Position numbers and translations under genes: made by a program. Below the pieces are notes generated by a model. The model was not told the DNA's origin. It was given only the letters and a program-made list of their open reading frames with translations, and did no database searches. Positions 51,306-64,000 of a DNA stretch of 64,000 nucleotides are shown piece after piece. How positions within the stretch are numbered: position 1 is the first letter of the stretch; each line of letters begins with the position of its first letter. The stretch lies in the NCBI RefSeq assembly GCF_009914755.1, contig NC_060926.1. One strand, written 5' to 3'. This stretch comes from the human T2T-CHM13v2.0 reference genome, Homo sapiens.

Positions 51306-53209
51306 TACTATTATTCTCCCATATTCACACCACATTCCCTACCCCATCCCTGCACTCCAGTTTTTTCTCTACACTACAGGCAGTTATTTTTCCAAATGAA
51401 AATCTGGTATTACTCTCTTCCCTTCACTGGCTTTCCATTGACTTTTCAACTAAAATGAAAGTCTAATTTAACTTAGTTCACAAGTTCTGGAAGGCACTGG
51501 CCTCCACACACCTTAATAGCCACTTTTGGCTCACTCTATGAACACCAGCTACAGGATCTGCCTTTCAGCTCTTTGAACTCTTTCCTAGTGTCACCCTCCA
51601 CAAAGACCCCACCCATATCATCTGACACTACACACAACCTCACAACCTCTCCCCTTCTACTCACGCACTTTCTTTGCCTAGTTAACCCAAGCTCATCGTT
51701 CAGCCCTCAGGTAAGATGTTCCTTTTTCTGGAAAGTTCTTTGTTATACAATTAGGCTTCTTGACTCCAGAAGACCAAACTCATTTTTCTAAAACAAATAT
51801 TTGTAATGTCACCTTTATGGTCCTAAAATTAAATTTACAGATTATTTAACCTCCCTATACATATAGTTTAAAAACAACCAGTGCAGTGCCAAACCATAAT
51901 ATGAAGCAGAAATAACAGGAAAGCAATTAATAATTAAAAAATTCAATATGTGACTGCCTAGTCATGACCACCTGAAAAGATTCAACAAGGTAATCTCATG
52001 CTTGTATATGATTTCATGTATGGAATAATTACGAATGAAAGAGACCGAAATGCAGATCAATACAGGTTTGTTGTGTTGGTGACTCAAACGCCATAAGCAG
52101 CTTTGCCATCAGTAACATGATTTCCCAAAATGATGAACAACTCTCATTAAAGTTGCAAAAAAGATGAAGTACAATCTTCCCTCAATTTACGCTGAATTAA
52201 AACTATAACCTAACAGTATCAGGAAGGATTAAGGGGAGATTTGATTTAAAAGGAAATGTTTTCTATCATTGCACAAAGTTTAAAAAGCTTAATATCTTAA
52301 AATTAAAATATAGCGATATGTAAGTTGGGTACCATTTCTAGATACTTAAAAATACAATGGTACCCGCCAGGCAAAAGAGCTTAGAAAGTTAAAGCAAGTT
52401 GTCACTGGGATGGAGATTGGAGTAGAAGACTTATTTTCTACATGTTCAAATCATGCAAACATATTTTGCATTTATATGTAAAATGGAGTTTTACATATAA
52501 TGAGTTCCAAGCTCAGGTAATTAAACACATGAATCTCTAGAGGATATTTGAAAGTCACGTGTGAAGGGAGACAATCCTTTGAATCAGCTCTGTCCTGGGA
52601 GGTATAGGGTGTCTAACACTCTGTTTCTCTCCCACTGAATGCCTCCAATCATATGTGAGGAGAAACAAAGATGCTCCCACAAATTCCCAAAGTTCCTTCT
52701 AGGTGACAGAGCTGCCCCCATGACAAACAATGGCTATCATTGCCTTCAGCACTTACACCATACTCTGTCCCAGAACCCTGTTTTTCATTTGTAATAACAT
52801 GTTAACCTGAAAATATTCAATTAGTGCCTGATGCCTTCCTAGACTCTCAGCAGTGGGAGAACCGCGAGTGTCTAAATTTTACTCCCTGTTGTGTTCCTGG
52901 TGCTTTGCATGATGCCAGCATACAGTGAGCACTCAATCGGTTTGGCTGAATGAATGATTGCACACGATTTCTCTCATGCTGAGTGCCACAAGAGTGAAGA
53001 GCTCTATGCGTGGCTCCACAGTAGTAGCAGAAAGGGCACTAACTGGAGTCCAGCACAGCCAGTAAGGAATGCTGCCTTGATGAGAGTTCCTATGCATCAT
53101 TCCTGTTAAATTTAATGTACTTCCTTTTTTCTTAAGAACTATCAAGTTAGGCTTATACTTCCATTTCCACCAATGCCAAAGTGAGAGCCAAACCACCTGA
53201 TTTGTTAAT

Positions 53210-53590
53210 CTTTTTTTCTTTCTTTCTCTTTCTTTCTTTCTTTTTCTTTCTTTCTTTCTTTCTTCCTGTCTGCCTTCCTTCCTTCCCTCCTTCTTTCCTG
53301 TCGTTCTTTCTTTCTTTTATTTTTTTTCTTTCACAGGCTAGAGTACAGTGACACAATCATAGCTCACTCCAGCCTCAAACTCCTGGGCTCAAAAGATCCT
53401 TCCACCTTAGCCTCCTGAGTAGCTAGGACTACAGGTGCATGCCACCATGTCCAACTATTTTTTAAATTTTTTGTAGAGATGGGATCTCACTATGTTTCCC
53501 AGGCTTGTCTCATACTTCTGGCCTCAAGCAATCTTCCTGCCTCGACCTCCCAAAGTGCTGGGATTACAGACGTGAGCACCACGCCTGGCT
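53210..53590 (-). mobile_element. AluJ with (CTTT/CCTT)n expanded tail (53210-53330)
   Basis: Antisense Alu with a pyrimidine microsatellite tail. Confidence 0.9.
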
Positions 53591-54627
53591 GTAAGTCTTT
53601 AGGCTCTCAAATATGGTCAAAAAGCCACAACACAAATTGTTCATAAAAACCAAATCTGGAAGAGTTAACAAAAAACTTCTGGTTTAATTCTCTGCCTTCA
53701 GATTATTCACAAATAATGAGTAGCCAGGGCAGTTAGACACCCAAAAATACATTCAGATCACTATTGCTTTATTTCATATATGATTATCAGGAGCAGAAAG
53801 AGAGGCTAGATTACTCCAAGTTAAAAAACACATTGAGAACTGGCCAAAATCAGGCTGGATTCATGATGGGGTGACAGAGAACTTTTTCTGCAACAAGTCA
53901 CATATGAGAAAAAAAACCATATAATTTATATGTATATAATTACATGTATCATAATTATATAATATAGTGATATTAACATATTACATATTGTGATATATAA
54001 TGAGAAAGACCTTATAATCTTCCTCATTATAAGTGAAATACAGCTAACTCTCTCCCCTCAACACACTTCTTACTATATTGGAGGAGATATTTATCAAACC
54101 ACATAATTATGCCCCAACTTATTGAAAATGTTGGCATTAGGTAACAGGTCCAAGAGCAAACAGACGAGATTGAAGAAGTAGGATACAGACATCCTTATAA
54201 AATTAAAAATAGGCAGATAATAAGTTATTTAAATGAAAAGCAAGACAATTAATGTGTCTGAGAAAGACAAAAATCTACATGTCTCTGTAAGGATAATATT
54301 TGCGTGGATACAATGAAGAGGGCATGAATAATTAATAATTAAAAATAGTAACATAACTCTATCAAGAAGGATTAAGATGAAGACTTATTAAAGGGACGAA
54401 AAGTGTCCTATAATTATATAAAGTCAAAAAAATCTAGATATTTAAGATACAGCAATAAATGAACTACTTAGAAATATGATATTTACTTAGAATTTAAAAG
54501 AAAGAGCAGAAAGTTAAAGCAAGTTTCCACTGTGATGAAGACTGGAGTGAGAGATTTATTTTTTCCCTTGTAAATGTCACAGTACTTTTTATTTTTATTT
54601 TTACAAGTATTATCTTGATAACTTTTT

Positions 54628-54783
54628 TTTTGTTTTTGAGATAGGGTCTCACTCTGTCACCCAGGTTGGAGTGCAGTGTGTGATCATAGCTCATTGCAGC
54701 CTCAACAACCTGGGCTCAAGCAATCCTCCCGCCTCAGCCTCCCAAGTAGCTGAGATTACAGTCGCTCACCACAACACCAGGCT

Positions 54784-54818
<35 letters not shown>

Positions 54819-54936
54819 GTAGAGACAGGGATTTGCCATGTTGCCCAGACTTGTCTCGAATTCTGGACTCAAGAGATCTGCCTACCTCGGCCTCCTAAAA
54901 TGCTGAGATTACAGGCATGAGCCATTGAACCTGACC
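54628..54936 (-). mobile_element. AluJ with T32 middle tract
   Basis: TSD TCTTGATAACTTTTT (54613-54627 / 54937-54951); T run 54786-54817. Confidence 0.93.
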
Positions 54937-55042
54937 TCTTGATAACTTTTTAATATTTACATTTCTAAGGAGATCTCTAATCAAGCACTATGAGCCACGT
55001 GAACTTTTAAATCACGTATTTATTCAATTCTGAGCCCTGTTA

Positions 55043-55366
<324 letters not shown>

Positions 55367-56449
55367 AAATTATATGATTTAATATATTGTTCTAGTCACA
55401 AAAATCCAAATTCTCAAGACTGCACATACTGTACAGAACTTGAGCGATGATGGATGTATTTTCTCAGACTTTTGTTTAGGAGCAGACTGTGGACTAGAAA
55501 TTTTAAACCCAGAGCCATACTGACTTAATGGCAAACTACATATTTCTAGGTGACTTCTTGGCCATAAGTTACTTTAGGTACTGAAAAGGGTGAGCTAGGT
55601 CTGCAGGTTTAGTCCATAGTTCTGTGTGTATTTGAGAGAGAGAAAGGGAGAGAATCCCTTATCATGATTCCTTAAAACATTTCTTTTTGGTAGCTGAATA
55701 GGTATAAATAATTGAGGTGCACATTGTTGATGGAAAAGAGATTGTAATCCTTTTTTTGAGAACCTTCATATTAAAAAAAAAAACAGAACAGCTTATCATA
55801 GAAAAGTCCTCTACCCTAGGGAAAATTATGATTTTAAAGATTATGAACCTGTCAGTCTATAAGTTATGAGCTAGAGGCAGCATCTGAAGTCTTGATTAAT
55901 CTGCTCATTATTCAGTTGACCCTACTTGCTAGCCTTGAAAAATCAGTAGTGCTAATGTTACTTCAAGTAGAAAAACATGGGAGTCACTTCTCAACTGCAA
56001 GAGTCTGTGAAGTTTTCTTAATGGTGAAATCTGTACAGAAGTGATCTACTAAAATGGGTCCTTGGTACTTTATGGCTTAAAGTCTGTGCTTCCAAAAGGC
56101 TCTATTCTTCTCCCGCCCCTTGGAGAATTTCAAGCCAAGGTTTCTGAGCTGTACTGTGTGACTCACATGTCTGTATGAAAGGAGGCATGCCTATAGCCAA
56201 GAATCTAAGCAGGACTGAGAGCATTTTCATTCATTCATTCATTTTCTATTGAATCTCAACCATGTGTCAGCCACCATACTGCATGCTAGAAAAACAAAAC
56301 AAATATAATAAGATATGTTCCCTGTGGCACCACGAGCCCAGAACCCACAAAGCACATCTTTGACGAGCTCTCCAGCTACTTTCAGCCTGCTTAAGGCTTT
56401 CTTTACAAACACAAAACAGCAAACCAGAGAAACACCTTAATGATACCTG

Positions 56450-56640
56450 CCAATGTTTATTGAGCTATTTTCTGTATACTAGGATTGTTCTAAGCACATG
56501 ACACATATTGACTCATTTCACTTTCTCAGTGATCCAATGAGGTAGTTACTAACATCATCCCCATTTTATAGATAAGAAAATGAAGCACGAAAATTTAAGT
56601 AACTTGTCCCAAGTTTTTATAGCCTGGCTCCAGGTCTTGC
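56450..56640 (-). mobile_element. MIR
   Basis: ATCCCCATTTTATAGATAAGAAAATGAAGCAC MIR core. Confidence 0.7.
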
Positions 56641-57284
56641 AGGTATAATTATTCCTTTCACACAGGTGTAAGGCAAACCAAATGAAAAGGGAAAAAAGAA
56701 TAAAGAGGCATTCTTCTTTCATAGTCACAGAGGTAAGTGACTATGTGAGTGAGTTTAACCCAAGATAAAGGGAATCAATAATGGCCAGTTACCTGGACAT
56801 GCTGTCAGCTAATACCACCACATGCATAGTTTAGGCCTTCCTTTGCCTCCACCTTTATCCTTACTCTAGGAAGTCTTATGCATACGAATTCACAGACAGC
56901 TATTTGCAAAAAACAAGCCTATGGGAATGAAGCACTAAATATAATACTTTTTAATATTAGGTTGAGCTGAGAAGACAACAAAAATAGAAAATAACTAATG
57001 ATGTACACTTTTTAGTACCATTTGCTCCATTTCAATGCCTTATCTAAGGAACCTAGAGGGAGATGAACCACTACAGGGGTTAGAGGGCCCAAAATGTGTA
57101 GATAATATTGATGCTATAGACTCACAGGTAACCTCTACAGCATGGGACAATGAGGCATGTACATGACAGGAAGACACATTGAGAATGCAAATGTGGGGAC
57201 GTGGGGGTCAATTAGAAGATGCAGGTGAATCTCAATAAGAGCCACCAATACCTATGGAAATTTCTTAGAATTGAGCCCCTTGTT

Positions 57285-59008
57285 GGATGTGAAGGACCTC
57301 TTCAAGGAGAACTACAAACCACTGCTCAATGAAATAAAAGAGGATACAAACAAATGGAAGAACATTCCATGCTCATGGTTAGGAAGAATCAATATCGTGA
57401 AAATGGCCATACTGCCCAAGGTAATTTACAGATTCAATGCCATCCCCAACAAGCTACCAATGACTTTCTTCGCAGAACTGGAAAAAACTGCTTTAAAATT
57501 CATATGGAACCAAAAAAGAGCCCGCATTGCCAAGATAATCCTAAGCCAAAAGAACAAAGCTGGAGGTATCACGCTATCTGACTTCAAACTATACCACCAG
57601 CCTACAGAAATCCAAAACAGCATGGCACTGGTACCAAAACAGATATGTAGATCAATGGAACAGAACAGTGGCCTCAGAAATAACACCACTCATCTACAAA
57701 CATCTGATCTTTGACAAACCTGACAAAAACAAGAAATGGGGAAAGGATTCCCTATTTAATAAATGGTGCTCAGAAAACTGGCTAGCCATGTGTAGAAAGC
57801 TGAAACTGAATCCCTTCCTTACACCTTATACAAAAACTAATTCAAGATGGATTAAAGACTTAAACATAAGACCTAAAACCATAAAGGCCCTAGAAGAAAA
57901 CCTAGGCAATACCATTCAGGACATAGGCATGAGCAAGGACTTCATAACTAAAACACCAAAAGCAATGGCAACAAAAGCCAAAATTGACAAATGGGATCTA
58001 ATTAAACTAAAGAGCTTCTGCACAGCAAAAGAAGTGACCATCAGAGTGAACAGGCCACCTACAGAATGGGAGAAAATTTTTGCAATCTATCCATCTGACA
58101 AAGGGCTAATACCCAGAATCTACAAAAAACTCAAACAAATTTACAAGAAAAAACTAAACAACCCCACCAAAAAGTGAGCGAAGGATATGAACAGACACTT
58201 CTCAAAAGAAAACATTTATGCAGCCAAAAGACACATGAAAAAATGTTCATCATCACTGGTAATCAGAGAAATGCAAATCAAAACCACAATGAGATACCAT
58301 CTCACACCAGTTAGAATGGTGGTCATTAAACAGTCAGGAAACAACAGATGCTGGAGAGGATGTGGAGAAATAGGAATGCTTTTACACAGTTGGTAGGAGT
58401 GTAAACTAGTTCAACCATTGTAGAAGACAGTGTGGCAATTCCTCAAGGATCTAGAACTAGAAATACCATTTGACCCAGACATCCCATTACTGGGTGTATA
58501 CCCAAAGGATTATAAATCATGCTACTATAAAGACACATGCACACGTATGTTTATTGCAGCACTATTCACAATAGCAAAAACTTGGAACCAACCCAAATGT
58601 CCATCAGTGATAGACTGGATTAAGAAAATGTGGCATGTATACACCATGGAATACTATGCAGCCACTAAAAAGGATGAGTTCATATCCTTTGTAGGGACAT
58701 GGATGAAGCTGGAAACCACCATTCTCAGCAAACTATCGCAAGGATGGAAAACCAAACACTGCATGTTCTCACTCATAGGTGGGAATTGAACAATGAGAAC
58801 ACTTGGTCACAGGGCGCGGAACATCATACCCCGGGGGCCTGTCATGGGGTGGGGAACAGGGGGAGGGATAGCATTAGGAGAAATGCCTAATGTAAATGAT
58901 GAGTTAATGGGTGCAGCAAACCAACATGGCACATGTATACCTATGTAACAAACCTGCACATGGTGCACATGTACCCTAGAACTTAAAGTATAACAAAAAA
59001 AAAAAAAA
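57285..59008 (+). mobile_element. 5'-truncated L1 (L1PA5/PA6-like), ORF2 broken
   Basis: TSD AGAATTGAGCC[C/G]CTTGT (57267-57283 / 59009-59025), A-tail, several stops and a frameshift. Confidence 0.95.
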
Positions 59009-59920
59009 AGAATTGAGCCGCTTGTCTTTGGAATTCACTGGGGACTCTGCTTGTCCAGGTCTTCAGGCAAAGAGGTAGATGAGGAATGGTGGCTAAAAAA
59101 ATAGGGAAAGTAACTCTCTACCACCAATATATGGTTGTTTGCATAAGAAGAAAGCCACCCAAACCAACAAAGAAAGTAGAACCAACTCTCCATGGAAAAT
59201 CAAAAAAGGAAATGACTTTCTGCCTTTTTTTCTCTCCCTTCTCACTGCAATGCTCAAGGAACAAGCACAAGCAATAGAAAGGAAGAGGAAAGCTTGCAGG
59301 CAATGCATCATTCCTCACCTTCAAATCTTTGGAGAACCTAGCCTGCTCTGGAAGGGGAACGGACATTTGAATTGAATGTGAGAGTGAGACAATAGGCCAG
59401 ACGTTTTAATAACTAAAGATAGCAGAAATGATAGAACCAAACTGAAATATAATTAAGGTATCTCACAGCGTAGTGTGTTTAGAGATCTGACGGGACACGG
59501 TAAGAGTTAAAAAGCCATACTCTACAATGTTTGCACCCCAAAGGGTTTGAGTGAGGTCCCTCAATCCCATCAGCTTCAAGCTGATCTGTTTTATGAGGTG
59601 AAAAAAAAATCATCAGTTAATGTAGAAGTAATCTCGAGATGTATCTTAAACTACCCCAGTCCAAAATATGTGACACTCATAAAATCCTAGTGCAAATAAT
59701 TCTAGTTTGAGGCTAACTCAATGGCTAATTATGAATGGCTAATACCATTGATAAATACCTGATATAAGTATGTCCACTGTGTACTGGACAGAGATGAACA
59801 ATTTTTTCTTCAATCAAATGCCTATGTGACATGAGGGCAGCAATAAATATCACAATTTCAAAGGAAAAAATGATTTACATTTGGATTTCTGCCTGAATTC
59901 TGGGCCAGACTTGCCACTGA

Positions 59921-60239
<319 letters not shown>

Positions 60240-60252
60240 ATCAGTATTTCTT

Positions 60253-60578
60253 TTGGGGTTTTTTTGGGTTTTGTTTTGTTTTCTTTTCTTTTCTTTTGAG
60301 ACGGAGTTTCGCTCTGTCGCCCAGGCTGGAGTACAGTGGCGCGATCTCGGCTCACTGCAAGCTGTGCCTCCCAGGTTCATGCAATTCTTCTGCCTCAGCC
60401 CCCGAGTAGCCGGGATTACAGGCGCCCGCCACCACGCCTGGCTAATTTTTTGTATTTTTTAGTAGAGACGGGGTTTCACTGTGTTGGCCAGGATGGTCTG
60501 GATCTCCTGACCTTGTGATCCGCCCACCTCGGCCTCCCAAAGTACCGGGATTACAGGCATGAGCCACTGTGCCCGGCC
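60253..60578 (-). mobile_element. Younger Alu (Sc/Y-like)
   Basis: GGATGGTCTGGATCTCCTGACCTTGTGATCC carries the 2-bp-deletion diagnostic, high CpG retention; TSD CAGTATTTCTT (60242-60252 / 60579-60589). Confidence 0.93.
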
Positions 60579-61809
60579 CAGTATTTCTTGTGGAATATCC
60601 CAGTTCATATTTTTTGTGGATAGTGATTGAAAAATAACTTTTGAAGGACAAACAGATTATTATATTAAATAATTTTAAGAAAATATGTTATTGTTTCATT
60701 TTGCATTTAAAAATGATATTTTAACTTGAAAGTGAAGGTTAACACAGGCTCAGTATTGAAAGGACAAGACGTGGAGATCCCATTAATATTGAACCTAATT
60801 CTCCCTTCACGATACTCGGGTACAGGGCCCTTTTGTTTTAATGGAATTATTCTCTTTGTCTAAAACCAGGTATATGATGCCTGTTTCACTGCCTCCTTTC
60901 AGTGTGTAGGAAATACATATGAATATATAATCAATTGCTTTTAATCAGCAGGCCTAAGGTTCATGACAGAGAGTACTCAGCTCTATCTTCTCCATGCTCC
61001 AATCCCAGAAGAAAGGCCTTTATAGCCCCCCAGCCTCTGCTTTGCAAGGTATATACTAGATACCCCCAACCCTCTTTCCAGCTCCAGCAATCCATGAATC
61101 CTTGTAACAACAGTACTTCTGCCTTTCCTATCCCAGATCAGGCTCCCGATACCCCTCTTTGAGAATATAAATCAGACATTCTGTCAAATACGAGGAGTTA
61201 GTCTCTGCTTATCTTTGCATAAACCCAAACAGGAAACTTTTGGTGAATTGCAACAGGCTATTCTCTGTCATAGGCTGGAGAATCAAACCAATTACCCATT
61301 AATTTCATATGTTCTATATCATGTTCAGCTAAGGTATATGGAGATACTCCTTTTGGTTTTTGATAACCATTTCATTTTCATCTTCTGAAAAGGGATATCC
61401 AACATCAGTTTTCAGCATGGGGCTTTAAGAAAACCTCATCTCAATAATCATAACCCTAGACTCATAGCTAACACATTCTTTTTCCTAGGATGCTGAAAGG
61501 TAACTCTGGTTTGGGTATATTATTCCAGATTAATCATATTAATGTGGTTATTACTTCAACACAAATTTTCTGTATAAAACATAGAAATTCTTCATGCTTT
61601 GGTAATTATAGTTATCTTTAATTTACTCAAAAGTAATTACATGAATGTATACGAGATGTTTCCCTTGTCCGTAATTTCTGACCCTGGCAGAAATTCCTAT
61701 CTTCAGCTCAAAGGCTTTCTCATAGTTGTTGGTTTTAACTGGCTGTTCCTATTCCTGAATAACTCCCGATTAATTCTATTATGTGTGCATGAATAATAGG
61801 GACTATCGT

Positions 61810-62030
61810 CATTTAATAAAAGCTAAGCATCAAGCTACAATGTGCTTAACATACGACCTCACTGAATCCTCGTACAACTCTGTGGGATAATTATTACTAT
61901 ATCCTTGAGTAGATAAAGAAATTGAAGCCAAAAAAAGGTAAATATTTGCCTAAAGTCACATAGCCAGTAAATGACAGAGCTGAAATTCAAGCCTATATCT
62001 CTCTTATTCCAAACCTTGAGTGCTTAACCG
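61810..62030 (-). mobile_element. MIR
   Basis: CTCACTGAATCCTCGTACAAC...TTGCCTAAAGTCACATAGC...GAGCTGAAATTCAAGCC. Confidence 0.7.
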
Positions 62031-62119
62031 CCCCATTTTATTTTTTTCTTGGAATCTAAGTATTTTGTTTGAAAACTGTAACATGCTATATTCATATGGT
62101 TATAGTTTCTAAACTAAAT

Positions 62120-62275
62120 GTTTACATATTTGTATATAACATTGTATATAATTGTATATACTTATATATTATGATATACTCTATTATAGATTTATGTTGT
62201 ATAATGTACATGAGAAATATTATATATAAAATATATATATATGTATTTTTACATATTTATATATATTGCATATAC
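62120..62275. repeat. (TA)-rich low-complexity tract
   Basis: Seen directly. Confidence 0.8.
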
Positions 62276-62449
62276 ATGATGCTGTTCCTGACTGACTTTA
62301 TTACCTTCAAAACAACTCACCACTTCCACTCCACCCTCAATGAATATATGCATTCTATAGGTGACAGTTCTTTCCTTAAATTATCCAGTAAATATTATCA
62401 GTTATGTCCTCCAAATGTATCCTTAATTCACTTTTCTTTCCATTCTTCC

Positions 62450-63950
62450 GTCATTAATTTATTCAACATAAATCAGAATCAATTTACTGAATGTCTACTA
62501 TATGCTCAACCCAGTTCTGGAACCCACAGGTAGTTATCTCTACCCTTAAGGAACTCAGTGTACTAGAAAAGAAAGATACTCAAGAGAGTACATTACCATC
62601 CAGTGTGAAAAGGGCATCCATAGAAACCATATACAACACATTGGCAGCCATCAGGAGGGCATAAGAGTTATGGGAGCTTTCCAGGGGAGGCTGCATTGAA
62701 GCTGAGTCTGGAAGGTGACAGGTGGGTAAAACTAAGTGGAAGCAGAAAAGACAAAGGAGGATTGCCAAGAAATGGAGGTCATACAGGGGCATGAAACAAG
62801 CACTCGAACTCTTTCCAATTCATTCCTGAATTACCAAGCCAGTCACCAGCAGGTCTCAACGCTCCCCCATTATCCAAGCCCACCTGAACACTGCTGACAA
62901 ATAGATCCTCCAAAAGCATAACTTTGATCATCCCACTTCCCTTCTCATTAATCTAATATCGCCATATATCATCAAAGTATGCCCACACTGCCACCTCTTG
63001 TTAGAGACCTCATGATGTGTTCCCACATATCCTTATCTTGACTGTTACTTACCAGTGCCCCTCAAAAACTGCTAATGAGTCTGCTCCTTGTTGACAGGAG
63101 GCACAACTTCTATTTGTCTTATTCCCCAGCCAAATTCTATCCAGGCTTAGGATCCAGCTCATGTGCCACCTGTTCTTGGCCCTTTTTTACCTGCTCCAGT
63201 TGCCAACACTGTTGGGCAGTTTCCATCACAGACTCAAAATTGTATCTACAGAACAAATTTAGCCCCAGTGAGTTCAACTTCCTCATCAATCCACAGTTAC
63301 TCAAGTTGTGATGCATTCCTTCCTTTACTCATTCAAGAAGTATTTGTGGGTCATCTTTTATATGGAATTCTTTTCAAACTAAATGTCCCATACCAAATTA
63401 ATTATCTTTCCCATTTTCTCCTTTCCCTTCCTCCTTTCTACCAGCATTCTCCAAACTTGTTTCCTCTTCCTGTATTCTATATAACACATCCCAAGCTGGA
63501 AAATTCAGAAGCATTCTTTACTTCCTCCTCTCACTTTACTCCCATATCCAATTGGTCACCCAGTTATGTTCATTCTTTCTCAGAAAATATACTTAAACTC
63601 ACTCTGTTCTGACCCTGTGAGCTTCATAACATCCCTGCTGAACTGTTGTAACAGTCACCTGATTGATCATCTCACCTCCATGCTCTCCACTGCTACCAGA
63701 AAGCATCTTCTTAAAACAGGATGCCAAACATTTATTGAGTGCCCACTAAATGCTAGGAAATATGTGGGGCATTAGAAGTCTAAATGTGACTAAACATGTC
63801 TTTGACTCTTATCAAAGCATGAGCATTTTGAAGATGAGCGCTTTGGTTAATTTCTCTCTATCCCTAGCACCTAGACAATTTCCCAGCATATTATCGTTGA
63901 TAGTCAATAATGGTTTGAAAATATGAATGAATGGAAAGTTCTAAGTGTGA
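62450..63950. mobile_element. L2 remnants (several fragments, both orientations)
   Basis: ATTTACTGAATGTCTACTATATGC...CCCTTAAGGAACTCA, TTTATTGAGTGCCCACT and terminal (TGAA)n. Confidence 0.55.
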
Positions 63951-64000
63951 GTGGTCTCTAAAGATAAATGAAATAACATTCCTGTCCTCAAGTAGGTAAA

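Larger units (their letters stand above)
49360..51730 (+). mobile_element. Fragmented L2 hosting L1PA4, L1MA and MST insertions
   Basis: L2-like pieces at 49360-49690, 50503-50590, 50790-50855 and 51310-51730. Confidence 0.5.

Noticed and set aside
56720-56745. Small hairpins such as CATAGTCAC...GTGACTATG, and ACTGAAAA...TTTTCAGT near 45645
   Set aside because: Stems of 8-9 bp are expected by chance in 64 kb and show no ncRNA features.

Overview
Primate (human or great-ape-like) AT-rich genomic DNA that appears intergenic or deep intronic. I found no convincing host exon, RNA gene or CRISPR array. The window is dominated by transposable elements: six L1PA2-PA6 insertions with resolvable target-site duplications (TSDs), comprising one full-length decayed L1PA3-like copy, one twin-primed inverted copy and four 5'-truncated copies. 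There are also older L1PA/L1M fragments, about 12 Alu/FLAM copies, MaLR/ERV solo LTRs, hAT MITEs, MIR and L2 remnants. All long ORFs in the track come from L1 or Alu. The strongest unexplained signal is that neighbouring, independently inserted L1s share many non-consensus, non-CpG substitutions, mainly the inverted pair at 27.3-31.0 kb and 39.4-45.6 kb and partly the copy at 10.9-13.5 kb. This suggests local L1-to-L1 gene conversion. Other leads are a small deletion in the ZNF93-target segment of the full-length L1, an open extended ORF0, short 3' transductions, a triplicated Alu TSD, and a MER58-type hAT element with an exon-like insert. Subfamily names rest on recalled consensus sequences, not on a database search.
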